From: Shigella phage vb_GEC_SH_GT
DNA: 64,000 nt
Strand: one strand, 5' to 3'
Sequence record: OR887633
The notes beneath the pieces were generated by a model. That model ran no database searches and was not told the origin of the DNA. It was given only the letters and a program-made list of their open reading frames with translations. Position 1 is the first letter of the stretch. Each line of letters begins with the position of its first letter. A program made the position numbers and the translations under genes. Shown here in pieces: positions 39,720 through 57,175 of the stretch.

Positions 39720-41702
39720 ATGGCAAATACCCCTGTAAATTATCAATTAACAAGAACAGCAAATGCTATTCCCGAGATATTCGTCGGGGGTACATTTGCT
39801 GAAATAAAACAAAACCTCATTGAATGGCTTAATGGTCAAAATGAATTTTTGGATTATGATTTTGAAGGCTCAAGATTAAACGTTTTGTGTGACCTTTTGG
39901 CTTATAATACATTGTACATTCAGCAGTTTGGTAATGCTGCCTTGTATGAAAGCTTTATGCGTACTGCTAATTTGCGTAGTTCAGTAGTTCAAGCTGCACA
40001 AGATAATGGATATTTACCTACTTCAAAATCAGCTGCTCAAACTGAAATTATGCTAACTTGTACAGATGCATTGAATAGAAATTACATTACTATTCCTCGT
40101 GGTACTCGCTTTTTAGCATATGCAAAGGATACTTCCGTTAATCCTTACAACTTTGTATCTACCGAAGATGTTATTGCTATTCGCGATAAAAATAACCAAT
40201 ATTTTCCGCGTTTAAAATTAGCCCAGGGGCGTATAGTAAGAACTGAAATCATTTATGATAAATTAACACCTATTATCATTTATGACAAAAATATAGATAG
40301 AAACCAAGTTAAACTATACGTTGATGGAGCAGAATGGATTAACTGGACAAGAAAGTCAATGGTTCATGCTGGTTCTACATCAACAATTTACTACATGCGT
40401 GAAACTATTGATGGAAATACTGAGTTTTATTTTGGTGAAGGTGAGATTTCTGTTAACGCGGCAGAAGGAGCATTGACCGCTAATTATATTGGAGGTCTTA
40501 AACCTACTCAGAACTCTACGATTGTTATTGAGTACATCAGTACTAATGGTGCAGATGCGAATGGCGCAGTCGGATTTTCATATGCAGATACATTAACAAA
40601 TATAACTGTCATCAACATTAATGAAAATCCAAACGATGACCCAGATTTTGTTGGGGCAGATGGCGGCGGTGATCCAGAAGATATTGAACGTATTCGCGAA
40701 TTGGGTACTATTAAACGCGAAACCCAGCAACGCTGCGTAACTGCGACTGACTATGATACATTCGTTTCAGAGAGATTTGGTTCTATTATTCAAGCAGTTC
40801 AGACGTTCACTGATTCTACTAAACCTGGTTATGCATTTATTGCTGCTAAACCTAAATCAGGGCTATATTTAACTACTGTACAACGCGAAGATATTAAAAA
40901 TTATCTCAAAGACTATAATTTAGCTCCTATTACGCCATCAATTATTTCTCCTAATTATCTTTTTATTAAGACTAATTTAAAAGTCACATATGCTTTAAAT
41001 AAGCTACAAGAATCCGAACAGTGGCTCGAAGGTCAAATAATTGATAAAATTGATCGTTATTATACCGAAGATGTAGAAATTTTTAACTCATCTTTCGCTA
41101 AATCTAAGATGTTGACATATGTAGATGATGCAGATCATTCTATCATTGGATCATCGGCGACAATTCAAATAGTACGTGAAGTACAAAACTTCTATAAAAC
41201 GCCTGAAGCGGGTATTAAATACAATAATCAAATAAAAGATCGTTCTATGGAATCTAATACGTTTTCATTTAATTCTGGACGAAAGGTTGTAAATCCTGAT
41301 ACCGGTTTAGAAGAAGATGTATTATATGACGTTCGTATAGTATCAACAGACCGAGATTCTAAAGGAATTGGTAAAGTTATTATTGGTCCATTTGCTTCTG
41401 GCGATGTTACAGAAAATGAAAACATTCAGCCGTATACAGGCAACGATTTTAACAAATTAGCAAATTCTGATGGACGCGACAAATACTATGTTATCGGTGA
41501 AATAAATTATCCAGCTGATGTGATTTACTGGAATATCGCTAAAATTAATTTAACATCTGAAAAATTTGAAGTTCAGACTATTGAATTATATTCTGACCCA
41601 ACCGATGATGTTATCTTTACTCGCGATGGTTCACTGATTGTATTTGAAAATGACTTACGTCCACAATACTTAACTATCGATTTGGAGCCTATATCACAAT
41701 GA
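39720..41702 (+). CDS. 6: Baseplate wedge protein gp6
   Basis: 660 aa, conserved position. Confidence 0.88.
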   Translation: MANTPVNYQLTRTANAIPEIFVGGTFAEIKQNLIEWLNGQNEFLDYDFEGSRLNVLCDLLAYNTLYIQQFGNAALYESFMRTANLRSSVVQAAQDNGYLPTSKSAAQTEIMLTCTDALNRNYITIPRGTRFLAYAKDTSVNPYNFVSTEDVIAIRDKNNQYFPRLKLAQGRIVRTEIIYDKLTPIIIYDKNIDRNQVKLYVDGAEWINWTRKSMVHAGSTSTIYYMRETIDGNTEFYFGEGEISVNAAEGALTANYIGGLKPTQNSTIVIEYISTNGADANGAVGFSYADTLTNITVININENPNDDPDFVGADGGGDPEDIERIRELGTIKRETQQRCVTATDYDTFVSERFGSIIQAVQTFTDSTKPGYAFIAAKPKSGLYLTTVQREDIKNYLKDYNLAPITPSIISPNYLFIKTNLKVTYALNKLQESEQWLEGQIIDKIDRYYTEDVEIFNSSFAKSKMLTYVDDADHSIIGSSATIQIVREVQNFYKTPEAGIKYNNQIKDRSMESNTFSFNSGRKVVNPDTGLEEDVLYDVRIVSTDRDSKGIGKVIIGPFASGDVTENENIQPYTGNDFNKLANSDGRDKYYVIGEINYPADVIYWNIAKINLTSEKFEVQTIELYSDPTDDVIFTRDGSLIVFENDLRPQYLTIDLEPISQ

Positions 41703-44700
41703 CAGTAAAAGCACCTTCAGTCACTAGTCTCAGAATTTCCAAGTTATCCGCAAATCAGGTGCAAGTACGCTGGGATGACGTTGGTGCTAATTTCTACTAT
41801 TTTGTAGAAATCGCTGAGACAAAAACAAACTCGGGGGAAAATCTCCCGAGTAATCAATACAGATGGATTAACTTAGGATATACTGCAAATAACAGCTTCT
41901 TTTTTGATGATGCTGACCCATTGACATCATATGTTATTAGAGTAGCTACAGCTGCACAAGATTTTGAGCAGTCTGATTGGATTTATACCGAAGAGTTTGA
42001 AACTTTTGCTACAAATGCTTATACATTTCAAAACATGATTGAAATGCAATTAGCTAATAAATTCATTCAGGAAAAATTTACTCTTAATAATTCTGATTAT
42101 GTCAATTTTAACAATGACACTATAATGGCTGCATTGATGAATGAATCGTTCCAATTCAGCCCGTCATATGTTGATGTTTCATCAATAAGTAATTTTATTA
42201 TTGGTGAAAATGAGTATCATGAAATACAAGGTTCTATTCAGCAAGTATGTAAGGATATTAACCGAGTTTATTTGATGGAATCAGAAGGGATTCTATACCT
42301 TTTTGAGCGTTATCAACCTGTAGTTAAAGTATCCAATGATAAAGGACAAACCTGGAAAGCTGTAAAGCTCTTCAATGACCGTGTAGGATATCCTTTATCT
42401 AAGACAGTATATTACCAATCTGCGAACACAACATACGTTCTAGGATACGACAAGATTTTCTATGGCCGCAAATCGACTGATGTTAGATGGTCAGCTGACG
42501 ATGTCAGATTTAGTTCACAGGATATAACATTCGCTAAACTCGGTGACCAATTACATCTAGGATTTGATGTAGAAATTTTTGCCACTTACGCAACTTTACC
42601 AGCTAATGTATACCGTATTGCAGAAGCTATTACTTGCACCGATGATTACATTTACGTTGTCGCCAGAGACAAAGTTAGATACATAAAAACGAGTAATGCA
42701 CCTATAGATTCTGATCCATTATCTCCGACATATTCGGAAAGACTTTTTGAACCTGATACAATGACTATAACCGGAAATCCTAAAGCAGTATGCTATAAAA
42801 TGGATTCTGTCGGTGATAAAGTTTTTGCTCTTATTATTGGTGAAGTTGAAACATTAAATGCTAATCCTAGAACATCAAAAATAATTGATTCTGTTGATAA
42901 AGGAATATATGTTTTAAATCACGACACAAAAACGTGGAAAAGAGTTTTTGGCAATACTGAAGAAGAAAGAAGACGTATTCAACCAGGGTATGCGAATATG
43001 TCAACTGATGGCAAATTAGTTTCTCTATCATCGAGTAATTTTAAATTTTTAAGTGATAATGTTGTTAATGACCCTGAAACTACAGCAAAATATCAGTTAA
43101 TCGGTGCTGTTAAATATGAATTTCCTCGTGAATGGTTAGCTGATAAGCATTATCATATGATGGCATTTATAGCAGATGAAAAGTCTGATTGGGAAACTTT
43201 TACTCCTCAGCCGATGAAATACTATGCAGAACCATTCTTTAACTGGTCTAAAAAATCTAACACACGTTGTTGGATAAACAACTCTGATAGGGTTGTAGTA
43301 GTTTATGCTGATTTAAAATACACTAAAGTTATAGAAAATATTCCGGAAACATCACCAGATAGATTAGTTCATGAATACTGGGACGATGGCGATTGCACTA
43401 TAGTAATGCCAAATGTTAAATTCACTGGATTTAAAAAATATGCATCTGGGATGCTTTTCTATAAAGCCTCTGGTGAAATAATTTCTTACTATGATTTTAA
43501 CTATCGTGTTAGAGACACTGTCGAAATTATTTGGAAGCCAACTGAAGTATTTTTAAAAGCATTTTTACAAAACCAAGAGCATGAAACTCCTTGGTCGCCT
43601 GAAGAAGAGCGCGGATTAGCTGACCCTGATTTAAGACCATTGATTGGCACAATGATGCCTGATTCTTATTTGTTACAGGATTCGAATTTTGAAGCATTTT
43701 GCGAAGCATATATTCAATATCTTTCTGATGGATATGGAACTCAGTATAACAATTTACGAAATTTAATTCGTAACCAATATCCACGAGAAGAGCATGCATG
43801 GGAATATTTGTGGTCAGAGATATATAAAAGAAACATTTATTTAAATGCTGATAAACGCGATGCTGTTGCAAGATTTTTCGAATCACGTAGCTATGATTTT
43901 TATTCTACTAAAGGAATTGAAGCATCATACAAATTTCTTTTTAAAGTTCTTTATAATGAAGAAGTTGAAATTGAAATTGAATCTGGGGCTGGTACTGAAT
44001 ATGATATAATCGTTCAATCTGATTCTTTGACCGAAGACTTAGTAGGACAAACGATTTATACAGCTACAGGAAGATGTAATGTTACTTATATAGAAAGAAG
44101 CTATTCTAATGGTAAATTGCAATGGACTGTAACTATTCATAATCTTTTAGGAAGATTAATTGCCGGTCAAGAAGTTAAAGCAGAAAGACTCCCTAGTTTC
44201 GAAGGCGAAATTATTCGTGGTGTTAAAGGAAAGGATTTGCTTCAAAATAATATAGACTATATTAATAGAAGTCGATCATATTATGTAATGAAAATTAAAT
44301 CCAATTTGCCTTCTTCCCGCTGGAAATCTGACGTTATTCGTTTTGTTCATCCAGTAGGATTTGGATTTATAGCAATTACTCTTTTAACGATGTTTATTAA
44401 TGTTGGTTTAACTCTTAAACATACAGAGACTATAATTAATAAATACAAAAACTATAAATGGGATTCTGGATTGCCTACTGAATATGCTGATAGAGTAGCT
44501 AAATTGACTCCAACCGGTGAAATTGAGCATGATTCGGTAACAGGCGAAGCAATTTATGAACCTGGCCCAATGGCTGGTGTAAAATATCCTCTTCCTGATG
44601 ACTATAATGCTGAAAATAATAATTCAATATTTCAAGGTCAATTGCCATCTGAACGACGTAAATTAATGAGTCCTTTATTCGATGCATCTGGAACAACATT

Positions 44701-44797
44701 TGCACAATTTAGGGATTTAGTTAATAAACGTCTAAAAGATAATATAGGAAATCCAAGAGACCCTGAAAATCCAACACAGGTTAAAATAGATGAATGA
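41699..44797 (+). CDS. 7: Baseplate wedge protein gp7
   Basis: 1032 aa. Confidence 0.88.
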   Translation: MTVKAPSVTSLRISKLSANQVQVRWDDVGANFYYFVEIAETKTNSGENLPSNQYRWINLGYTANNSFFFDDADPLTSYVIRVATAAQDFEQSDWIYTEEFETFATNAYTFQNMIEMQLANKFIQEKFTLNNSDYVNFNNDTIMAALMNESFQFSPSYVDVSSISNFIIGENEYHEIQGSIQQVCKDINRVYLMESEGILYLFERYQPVVKVSNDKGQTWKAVKLFNDRVGYPLSKTVYYQSANTTYVLGYDKIFYGRKSTDVRWSADDVRFSSQDITFAKLGDQLHLGFDVEIFATYATLPANVYRIAEAITCTDDYIYVVARDKVRYIKTSNAPIDSDPLSPTYSERLFEPDTMTITGNPKAVCYKMDSVGDKVFALIIGEVETLNANPRTSKIIDSVDKGIYVLNHDTKTWKRVFGNTEEERRRIQPGYANMSTDGKLVSLSSSNFKFLSDNVVNDPETTAKYQLIGAVKYEFPREWLADKHYHMMAFIADEKSDWETFTPQPMKYYAEPFFNWSKKSNTRCWINNSDRVVVVYADLKYTKVIENIPETSPDRLVHEYWDDGDCTIVMPNVKFTGFKKYASGMLFYKASGEIISYYDFNYRVRDTVEIIWKPTEVFLKAFLQNQEHETPWSPEEERGLADPDLRPLIGTMMPDSYLLQDSNFEAFCEAYIQYLSDGYGTQYNNLRNLIRNQYPREEHAWEYLWSEIYKRNIYLNADKRDAVARFFESRSYDFYSTKGIEASYKFLFKVLYNEEVEIEIESGAGTEYDIIVQSDSLTEDLVGQTIYTATGRCNVTYIERSYSNGKLQWTVTIHNLLGRLIAGQEVKAERLPSFEGEIIRGVKGKDLLQNNIDYINRSRSYYVMKIKSNLPSSRWKSDVIRFVHPVGFGFIAITLLTMFINVGLTLKHTETIINKYKNYKWDSGLPTEYADRVAKLTPTGEIEHDSVTGEAIYEPGPMAGVKYPLPDDYNAENNNSIFQGQLPSERRKLMSPLFDASGTTFAQFRDLVNKRLKDNIGNPRDPENPTQVKIDE

Positions 44798-45794
44798 TTC
44801 AAGTGTTATCTATCGTGCGATAGTTACTTCAAAATTTAGAACAGAAAAAATGTTGAATTTTTATAATTCAATTGGAAGTGGTCCGGATAAAAACACTATC
44901 TTTATCACATTTGGAAGATCAGAACCATGGTCATCAAATGAAAATGAGGTGGGATTTGCCCCACCTTATCCCACCGATTCTGTATTAGGTGTAACTGACA
45001 TGTGGACTCATATGATGGGAACCGTGAAGGTTCTTCCATCTATGCTTGATGCAGTTATTCCTCGTCGAGATTGGGGAGATACTAGATATCCGGATCCATA
45101 CACATTTAGAATTAACGATATTGTAGTATGTAACTCAGCTCCTTACAATGCTACCGAATCAGGCGCAGGCTGGTTAGTATATCGTTGTTTAGATGTTCCT
45201 GACACAGGAATGTGTTCAATTGAGTCTTTAACTGATAAGGATGAATGCCTTAAGTTAGGTGGAAAATGGACTCCTTCCGCTAGGTCAATGACTCCTCCTG
45301 AAGGTCGAGGAGACGCGGAAGGAACAATCGAACCTGGAGACGGATATGTTTGGGAATATCTTTTTGAGATTCCGCCTGATGTGTCTATAAATAGATGCAC
45401 GAATGAATATATCGTGGTTCCTTGGCCTGAGGAATTAAAAGAAGACCCGACTAGATGGGGATATGAAGATAATCTCACATGGCAGCAAGATGATTTTGGA
45501 TTAATTTACCGGGTTAAGGCAAATACTATTCGTTTTAAAGCATATTTAGATTCAGTTTATTTTCCTGAAGCTGCATTGCCGGGAAATAAAGGATTTAGAC
45601 AAATATCAATAATCACGAATCCTCTTGAAGCTAAAGCTCATCCAAATGACCCAAACGTTAAAGCTGAAAAGGATTATTATGATCCGGAAGATTTAATGAG
45701 GCATTCGGGCGAAATGATTTATATGGAAAATAGGCCACCTATTATCATGGCAATGGATCAAACAGAAGAAATCAATATTCTGTTTACATTTTAA
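44790..45794 (+). CDS. 8: Baseplate wedge protein gp8
   Basis: 334 aa. Confidence 0.88.
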   Translation: MNDSSVIYRAIVTSKFRTEKMLNFYNSIGSGPDKNTIFITFGRSEPWSSNENEVGFAPPYPTDSVLGVTDMWTHMMGTVKVLPSMLDAVIPRRDWGDTRYPDPYTFRINDIVVCNSAPYNATESGAGWLVYRCLDVPDTGMCSIESLTDKDECLKLGGKWTPSARSMTPPEGRGDAEGTIEPGDGYVWEYLFEIPPDVSINRCTNEYIVVPWPEELKEDPTRWGYEDNLTWQQDDFGLIYRVKANTIRFKAYLDSVYFPEAALPGNKGFRQISIITNPLEAKAHPNDPNVKAEKDYYDPEDLMRHSGEMIYMENRPPIIMAMDQTEEINILFTF

Positions 45795-45799
45795 CTTAA

Positions 45800-45823
45800 G
45801 GGAGCCCATGGGCTCCCTTTTTC
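45800..45823 (+). terminator. Rho-independent terminator after gene 8
   Basis: Perfect 18-nt palindrome gggagcccatgggctccc followed by ttttt. Confidence 0.75.
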
Positions 45824-45825
45824 TT

Positions 45826-45833
45826 TATAAATA
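45826..45833 (+). promoter_or_regulatory. Late promoter TATAAATA for gene 9
   Basis: Exact TATAAATA 25 nt upstream of the gp9 ATG. Confidence 0.65.
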
Positions 45834-45857
45834 CTATAAACTCATAAGGAAACCGCT

Positions 45858-46724
45858 ATGTTCATTCAAGAACCAAAGAAATTGATTGATACCGGCGAAA
45901 TTGGTAACGCTTCTACTGGTGATATCTTATTCGACGGTGGTAATAAAATTAATAGTGATTTTAACGCAATTTATAATGCGTTTGGCGATCAACGTAAAAT
46001 GGCAGTAGCAAATGGAACTGGAGCAGATGGCCAAATTATCCATGCTACTGGATATTATCAAAAACACTCTATTGCAGAGTACGCAACTCCAGTAAAAGTT
46101 GGCACTAGACATGATATTGATACCTCTACTGTAGGTGTTAAAGTTATCATTGAAAGAGGCGAACTTGGTGATTGCGTTGAATTTATTAACTCAAATGGAT
46201 CTATATCAGTTACTAATCCTTTAACGATTCAAGCGATTGATTCAATTAAAGGTGTTTCTGGTAATTTAGTAGTAACTAGCCCATATAGTAAAGTAACTTT
46301 ACGTTGTATTTCATCTGATAATTCTACATCAGTTTGGAATTATTCTATTGAAAGTATGTTTGGACAAAAGGAATCACCTGCTGAAGGTACATGGAATATT
46401 TCTACATCCGGATCAGTTGATATTCCACTATTTCATCGTACTGAATATAACATGGCTAAATTGTTAGTTACATGTCAATCGGTAGATGGAAGAAAAATTA
46501 AAACGGCAGAAATAAATATTCTTGTGGATACTGTTAATTCAGAGGTCATTTCTTCTGAATATGCTGTCATGCGAGTTGGGAATGAAACCGAAGAAGACGA
46601 AATCGCTAATATTGCATTTAGTATTAAAGAAAATTATGTAACGGCGACTATAAGTTCTTCAACTGTCGGTATGAGAGCAGCAGTTAAAGTTATCGCTACG
46701 CAGAAAATCGGGGTGGCTCAATAA
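45858..46724 (+). CDS. 9: Baseplate protein gp9 (long tail fibre socket)
   Basis: 288 aa. Confidence 0.88.
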   Translation: MFIQEPKKLIDTGEIGNASTGDILFDGGNKINSDFNAIYNAFGDQRKMAVANGTGADGQIIHATGYYQKHSIAEYATPVKVGTRHDIDTSTVGVKVIIERGELGDCVEFINSNGSISVTNPLTIQAIDSIKGVSGNLVVTSPYSKVTLRCISSDNSTSVWNYSIESMFGQKESPAEGTWNISTSGSVDIPLFHRTEYNMAKLLVTCQSVDGRKIKTAEINILVDTVNSEVISSEYAVMRVGNETEEDEIANIAFSIKENYVTATISSSTVGMRAAVKVIATQKIGVAQ

Positions 46725-48532
46725 TGAAACAAAATATTAATATCGGTAATGTTGTTGATGATGGTACCGGTGACTACCTGCGTAAAGGTGGTATAAAAAT
46801 AAATGAAAACTTTGATGAGCTTTATTACGAGCTTGGTGATGGAGATGTTCCATATTCAGCCGGTGCCTGGAAAACTTATGATGCTTCATCTGGTCAAACA
46901 TTAAAAGCTGAGTGGGGAAAATCATACGCTATTAATACCTCTTCTGGAAGAGTGACTATAAATCTTCCAAAAGGAACTGTCAATGATTACAACAAGGTAA
47001 TTAGAGCTAGAGACGTATTTGCTACATGGAACGTCAACCCAGTTACATTAGTAGCTGCTTCCGGCGATACAATTAAAGGGTCTGCAGTACCAGTTGAAAT
47101 TAATGTTCAATTCAGCGATTTGGAATTAGTGTATTGCGCCCCAGGACGTTGGGAATATGTCAAAAATAAACAAATTGACAAAATTACCAGTTCAGACATT
47201 AGTAATGTAGCTCGTAAAGAATTTTTAGTCGAAGTCCAAGGACAAACAGACTTTTTAGATGTTTTCCGTGGAACTAGTTATAATGTAAATAACATCAGAG
47301 TAAAACATCGTGGTAACGAATTGTATTACGGCGATGTATTTAGTGAAAACAGTGATTTTGGCTCTCCGGGCGAAAATGAAGGCGAATTAGTTCCTCTTGA
47401 TGGATTTAATATTCGATTAAGACAGCCTTGTAATATTGGTGACACTGTTCAAATTGAAACATTTATGGACGGTGTATCACAGTGGAGAAGTTCATACACA
47501 AGACGCCAAATTAGACTGTTAGATTCAAAATTAACGTCAAAAACTTCTTTAGAAGGAAGCATTTACGTTACTGATTTATCAACAATGAAATCAATTCCAT
47601 TTTCAGCTTTTGGATTAATTCCAGGTGAACCTATTAATCCTAATTCTCTCGAGGTTCGTTTTAATGGAATTTTACAAGAATTGGCCGGAACAGTTGGAAT
47701 GCCATTATTTCATTGTGTTGGTGCTGATTCAGACGATGAAGTAGAATGCGCTGTTCTAGGTGGAACTTGGGAACAGTCTCATACCGATTACTCAGTTGAA
47801 ACTGATGAAAACGGCATACCGGAAATTTTACATTTCGATAGAGTATTTGAGCATGGTGACATTATCAATATCACCTGGTTTAATAATGATTTAGGTACAT
47901 TATTAACAAAAGATGAGATTATTGATGAAACTGATAATCTCTATGTATCACAAGGACCGGGAGTAGATATTTCTGGTGATGTAAATTTAACAGACTTCGA
48001 TAAAATTGGTTGGCCAAATGTAGAAGCAGTTCAATCCTATCAACGCGAATTTAATGCTGTTTCAAATATCTTTGATACGATTTATCCTATCGGAACTATA
48101 TATGAAAACGCTGTTAATCCAAATAACCCTGTTACATATATGGGATTCGGCTCATGGAAATTATTTGGGCAAGGAAAAGTTTTAGTTGGATGGAATGAAG
48201 ATATTTCGGACCCTAACTTTGCTCTAAATAACAATGATTTAGATTCTGGTGGAAATCCTTCACATACTGCGGGTGGAACAGGCGGTTCTACTTCTGTTAC
48301 ATTGGAAAATGCTAATCTTCCTGCAACTGAGACAGATGAAGAAGTTCTAATAGTTGATGAAAATGGATCAGTCATTGTTGGTGGATGTCAATACGATCCA
48401 GATGAATCCGGTCCAGTTTACACGAAATACCGTGAAGCTAAAGCATCTACTAACTCTACTCACACTCCGCCAACATCAATAACTAACATTCAACCATATA
48501 TTACAGTTTATCGTTGGATAAGGATTGCATAA
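46724..48532 (+). CDS. 10: Baseplate wedge protein gp10
   Basis: 602 aa. Confidence 0.88.
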   Translation: MKQNINIGNVVDDGTGDYLRKGGIKINENFDELYYELGDGDVPYSAGAWKTYDASSGQTLKAEWGKSYAINTSSGRVTINLPKGTVNDYNKVIRARDVFATWNVNPVTLVAASGDTIKGSAVPVEINVQFSDLELVYCAPGRWEYVKNKQIDKITSSDISNVARKEFLVEVQGQTDFLDVFRGTSYNVNNIRVKHRGNELYYGDVFSENSDFGSPGENEGELVPLDGFNIRLRQPCNIGDTVQIETFMDGVSQWRSSYTRRQIRLLDSKLTSKTSLEGSIYVTDLSTMKSIPFSAFGLIPGEPINPNSLEVRFNGILQELAGTVGMPLFHCVGADSDDEVECAVLGGTWEQSHTDYSVETDENGIPEILHFDRVFEHGDIINITWFNNDLGTLLTKDEIIDETDNLYVSQGPGVDISGDVNLTDFDKIGWPNVEAVQSYQREFNAVSNIFDTIYPIGTIYENAVNPNNPVTYMGFGSWKLFGQGKVLVGWNEDISDPNFALNNNDLDSGGNPSHTAGGTGGSTSVTLENANLPATETDEEVLIVDENGSVIVGGCQYDPDESGPVYTKYREAKASTNSTHTPPTSITNIQPYITVYRWIRIA

Positions 48533-49191
48533 TGAGTTTACTTAATAATAAAGCGGGAGTTATTTCCCGCTTAGCCGATTTTCTTGGTTTTAGACCTAAA
48601 ACTGGTGACATCGATGTAATGAATCGTCAATCAGTTGGGTCAGTGACAATTTCTCAATTAGCGAAAGGATTTTATGAACCAAACGTAGAATCAGCTATTA
48701 ATGACGTTCATAATTTTTCTATAAAAGACGTTGGTACAATTATTACTAATAAAACTGGTGTTTCTCCTGAGGGTGTTTCTCAAACTGATTATTGGGCGTT
48801 TTCGGGAACTGTAACAGATGATTCACTTCCTCCTGGTTCTCCTGTTACTGTATTAGTATTCGGTCTTCCAGTTTCAGCAACAACTGGAATGACAGCTATT
48901 GAGTTTGTCGCCAAAGTTCGTGTTGCTCTACAAGAAGCTATTGCGTCATTTACTGCTATCAATTCATATAAAGACCATCCAACAGATGGTAGTAAATTAG
49001 AAGTTACTTATTTAGATAATCAAAAACATGTATTAAGCACATATTCTACATATGGAATAACTATTTCTCAGGAAATTATTTCCGAATCTAAGCCTGGATA
49101 TGGCACATGGAATTTGCTTGGTGCACAAACTGTAACTTTAGATAATCAGCAAACTCCAATAGTATTTTATCATTTTGAGAGAACAGCATGA
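48532..49191 (+). CDS. 11: Baseplate wedge / short tail fibre connector gp11
   Basis: Start at [17 protein letters not shown] gives 219 aa; TAATG overlap with gene 10. Confidence 0.88.
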   Translation: MSLLNNKAGVISRLADFLGFRPKTGDIDVMNRQSVGSVTISQLAKGFYEPNVESAINDVHNFSIKDVGTIITNKTGVSPEGVSQTDYWAFSGTVTDDSLPPGSPVTVLVFGLPVSATTGMTAIEFVAKVRVALQEAIASFTAINSYKDHPTDGSKLEVTYLDNQKHVLSTYSTYGITISQEIISESKPGYGTWNLLGAQTVTLDNQQTPIVFYHFERTA

Positions 49192-50771
49192 GTAATAATA
49201 CATACCAACACGTTTCTAATGAATCTCGCTATGTAAAATTTGATCCAACTGGTACAAATTTTCCAGCAGAGATTACTGATGTTCAGGCTGCTATAGCAGC
49301 CATTTCTCCTGCTGGTGTAAATGGAGTTCCTGATGCATCATCAACAACAAAGGGAATTTTATTTCTTGCCACTGAACAGGAAGTTATCGATGGAACTAAT
49401 AATACCAAAGCAGTTACACCTGCAACGTTGGCAACAAGATTATCTTATCCAAACGCAACTGAAACTGTTTACGGATTAACAAGATATTCAACCAATGATG
49501 AAGCAATTGCCGGAGTTAATAATGAATCTTCTATAACTCCTGCTAAATTTACTGTTGCTCTTAATAATGCCTTTGAAACTCGTGTTTCAACTGAATCATC
49601 AAATGGAGTTATTAAAATTTCATCTCTGCCGCAAGCATTAGCTGGCGCAGATGATACTACTGCGATGACTCCGTTAAAAACGCAGCAGTTAGCTATTAAA
49701 CTAATTGCGCAAATCGCTCCTTCTGAAACCACAGCTACCGAATCGGACCAAGGTGTTGTTCAATTAGCGACAGTAGCTCAAGTTCGTCAAGGAACCTTAA
49801 GAGAAGGCTATGCAATTTCTCCTTATACGCTAATGAATTCTACTGCTACTGAAGAATATAAAGGCGTAATTAAATTAGGAACACAATCAGAAGTTAACTC
49901 AAATAATGCTTCTGTTGCTGTTACTGGTGCAACTCTTAATGGTCGCGGTTCTACAACGTCAATGAGAGGCGTAGTTAAATTAACTACAACCGCCGGCTCA
50001 CAGAGTGGAGGTGATGCTTCATCAGCACTAGCTTGGAATGCTGATGTTATCCACCAAAGAGGTGGTCAAACGATTAATGGAACACTTCGCATTAATAATA
50101 CGCTCACAATAGCTTCAGGCGGAGCAAATATTACCGGAACAGTTAACATGACCGGTGGTTATATTCAAGGTAAGCGTGTTGTAACACAGAATGAAATAGA
50201 TAGAACTATCCCTGTCGGAGCTATTATGATGTGGGCGGCTGATAGCCTTCCTAGTGATGCTTGGCGCTTCTGTCATGGCGGAACTGTTTCAGCATCAGAT
50301 TGTCCGTTATATGCTTCTAGAATTGGAACAAGATACGGCGGAAGCTCATCAAATCCTGGATTACCTGATATGCGCGGTCTTTTTGTTCGTGGCTCTGGTC
50401 GTGGCTCTCACTTAACAAATCCAAATGTTAACGGTAATGACCAATTCGGCAAGCCTAGATTAGGCGTAGGTTGTACTGGTGGGTATGTTGGCGAAGTACA
50501 AAAACAGCAGATGTCTTATCATAAACACGCTGGCGGATTTGGTGAGCATGATGATTCTGGAGCATTCGGTAATACCCGTAGATCAAATTTTGTTGGTACA
50601 CGTAAAGGACTTGACTGGGATAACCGTTCATACTTCACCAATGATGGATATGAAATTGACCCAGCATCACAGCGAAATTCCAAATATACATTAAATCGTC
50701 CTGAATTAATTGGAAATGAAACACGTCCATGGAACATTTCTTTAAACTACATAATTAAGGTAAAAGAATGA
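49188..50771 (+). CDS. 12: Short tail fibre protein gp12
   Basis: 527 aa with repeat-rich shaft. Confidence 0.9.
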   Translation: MSNNTYQHVSNESRYVKFDPTGTNFPAEITDVQAAIAAISPAGVNGVPDASSTTKGILFLATEQEVIDGTNNTKAVTPATLATRLSYPNATETVYGLTRYSTNDEAIAGVNNESSITPAKFTVALNNAFETRVSTESSNGVIKISSLPQALAGADDTTAMTPLKTQQLAIKLIAQIAPSETTATESDQGVVQLATVAQVRQGTLREGYAISPYTLMNSTATEEYKGVIKLGTQSEVNSNNASVAVTGATLNGRGSTTSMRGVVKLTTTAGSQSGGDASSALAWNADVIHQRGGQTINGTLRINNTLTIASGGANITGTVNMTGGYIQGKRVVTQNEIDRTIPVGAIMMWAADSLPSDAWRFCHGGTVSASDCPLYASRIGTRYGGSSSNPGLPDMRGLFVRGSGRGSHLTNPNVNGNDQFGKPRLGVGCTGGYVGEVQKQQMSYHKHAGGFGEHDDSGAFGNTRRSNFVGTRKGLDWDNRSYFTNDGYEIDPASQRNSKYTLNRPELIGNETRPWNISLNYIIKVKE

Positions 50772-52231
50772 CAGATATTGTACTGAATGACTTACCATTC
50801 GTTGACGGCCCTCCTGCAGAGGGCCAGAGCCGCATTTCCTGGATTAAAAACGGCGAAGAAATATTAGGAGCTGACACACAGTATGGAAGCGAAGGTTCAA
50901 TGAATAGACCTACAGTTTCTGTACTAAGAAATGTTGAAGTTCTTGATAAAAACATTGGAATACTCAAAACATCTTTAGAATCCGCGAATAGTGATATTAA
51001 AACAATTCAAGGTATCTTAGATGTATCTGGTGATATTGAAGCTTTGGCTCAAATAAGTATCAATAAAAAGGATATTTCTGACCTTAAAACGCTAACCAGT
51101 GAACATACAGAAATATTAAATGGAACTAATAGCACGGTTGACAGTATTCTTGCTGATATTGGTCCATTTAACTCCGAGGCCAACTCTGTATACAGAACGA
51201 TCAGAAATGATTTACTGTGGATAAAGCGTGAACTTGGACAATACACAGGTCAAGATATTAATGGTCTTCCTGTTGTAGGAAATCCTAGCACAGGAATGAA
51301 GCATCGCATTATTAATAATACTGATGTCATTACTTCACAGGGAATACGTTTAAGCGAATTAGAAACAAAATTTATTGAATCTGACGTAGGTTCTTTGACT
51401 ATTGAAGTTGGTAATCTTCGCGAAGAGCTTGGACCAAAACCACCATCGTTTTCACAAACCGTTTACAGTCGCTTAAATGAAATTGACACTAAACAGACAA
51501 CAGTTGAGTCTGACATTAGTGCTATTAAGACCTCAATAGGATATCCAGGAAATACTTCGATTATCACGAATGTTAATACAAACACTGATAATATTGCATC
51601 TATTAATTTAGAGCTAAATCAAAGTGGAGGTATTAAACAACGTTTAACTGTTATTGAAACTTCTATTGGTTCAGATGATATTCCTTCGAGTATTAAAGGC
51701 CAAATCAAAGATAATACAACTTCAATCGAAGCTCTAAATGGAATCGTCGGTGAAAACACTTCATCCGGTTTAAGAGCGAATGTTTCGTGGTTAAACCAAA
51801 TTGTTGGAACTGATTCTAGCGGTGGACAACCTTCTCCTCCTGGGTCTCTTTTAAACCGAGTTTCTACAATTGAAACTTCTGTTTCAAGCTTGAATAACGA
51901 TGTTCAAAACCTACAGGTAGAGATTGGTAATAACAGCACAGGAATTAAAGGGCAAGTTGTAGCGTTAAATACTTTAGTAAATGGAACTAATCCAAATGGT
52001 TCAACTGTTGAAGAACGTGGATTAACCAACTCAATAAAAACTAACGAAACCAACATTGCATCAGTTACACAAGAAGTGAATACAGCCAAAGGCAGTATAT
52101 CTTCTCTGCAAGGTGATGTTCAAGCTCTACAAGAAGCAGGTTATATTCCTGAAGCTCCAAAAGATGGCCAAGCTTACGTTCGTAAAGACGGCGAATGGGT
52201 ATTACTTTCTACCTTTTTATCACCAGCATAA
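50768..52231 (+). CDS. wac: Fibritin (whisker antigen control)
   Basis: 487 aa coiled-coil with C-terminal foldon [27 protein letters not shown]. Confidence 0.92.
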   Translation: MTDIVLNDLPFVDGPPAEGQSRISWIKNGEEILGADTQYGSEGSMNRPTVSVLRNVEVLDKNIGILKTSLESANSDIKTIQGILDVSGDIEALAQISINKKDISDLKTLTSEHTEILNGTNSTVDSILADIGPFNSEANSVYRTIRNDLLWIKRELGQYTGQDINGLPVVGNPSTGMKHRIINNTDVITSQGIRLSELETKFIESDVGSLTIEVGNLREELGPKPPSFSQTVYSRLNEIDTKQTTVESDISAIKTSIGYPGNTSIITNVNTNTDNIASINLELNQSGGIKQRLTVIETSIGSDDIPSSIKGQIKDNTTSIEALNGIVGENTSSGLRANVSWLNQIVGTDSSGGQPSPPGSLLNRVSTIETSVSSLNNDVQNLQVEIGNNSTGIKGQVVALNTLVNGTNPNGSTVEERGLTNSIKTNETNIASVTQEVNTAKGSISSLQGDVQALQEAGYIPEAPKDGQAYVRKDGEWVLLSTFLSPA

Positions 52232-52234
52232 CAT

Positions 52235-52250
52235 GGGGCCGCAAGGCCCC
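52235..52250 (+). terminator. Hairpin with GNRA tetraloop after wac
   Basis: ggggcc-gcaa-ggcccc. Confidence 0.55.
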
Positions 52251-52263
52251 AAAGGATTTTTAA

Positions 52264-53965
<1,702 letters not shown>

Positions 53966-54006
53966 TAAATATTATAAACTAATTAAAGCCCAGATTAGGA
54001 GAAATC

Positions 54007-57147
<3,141 letters not shown>

Positions 57148-57175
57148 TATTAAAGCATATTAAAGAGGATTAAAA

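Noticed and set aside
53966-54006. Late promoter upstream of gene 15
   Set aside because: The closest match is tataaact, not the exact TATAAATA; not called.
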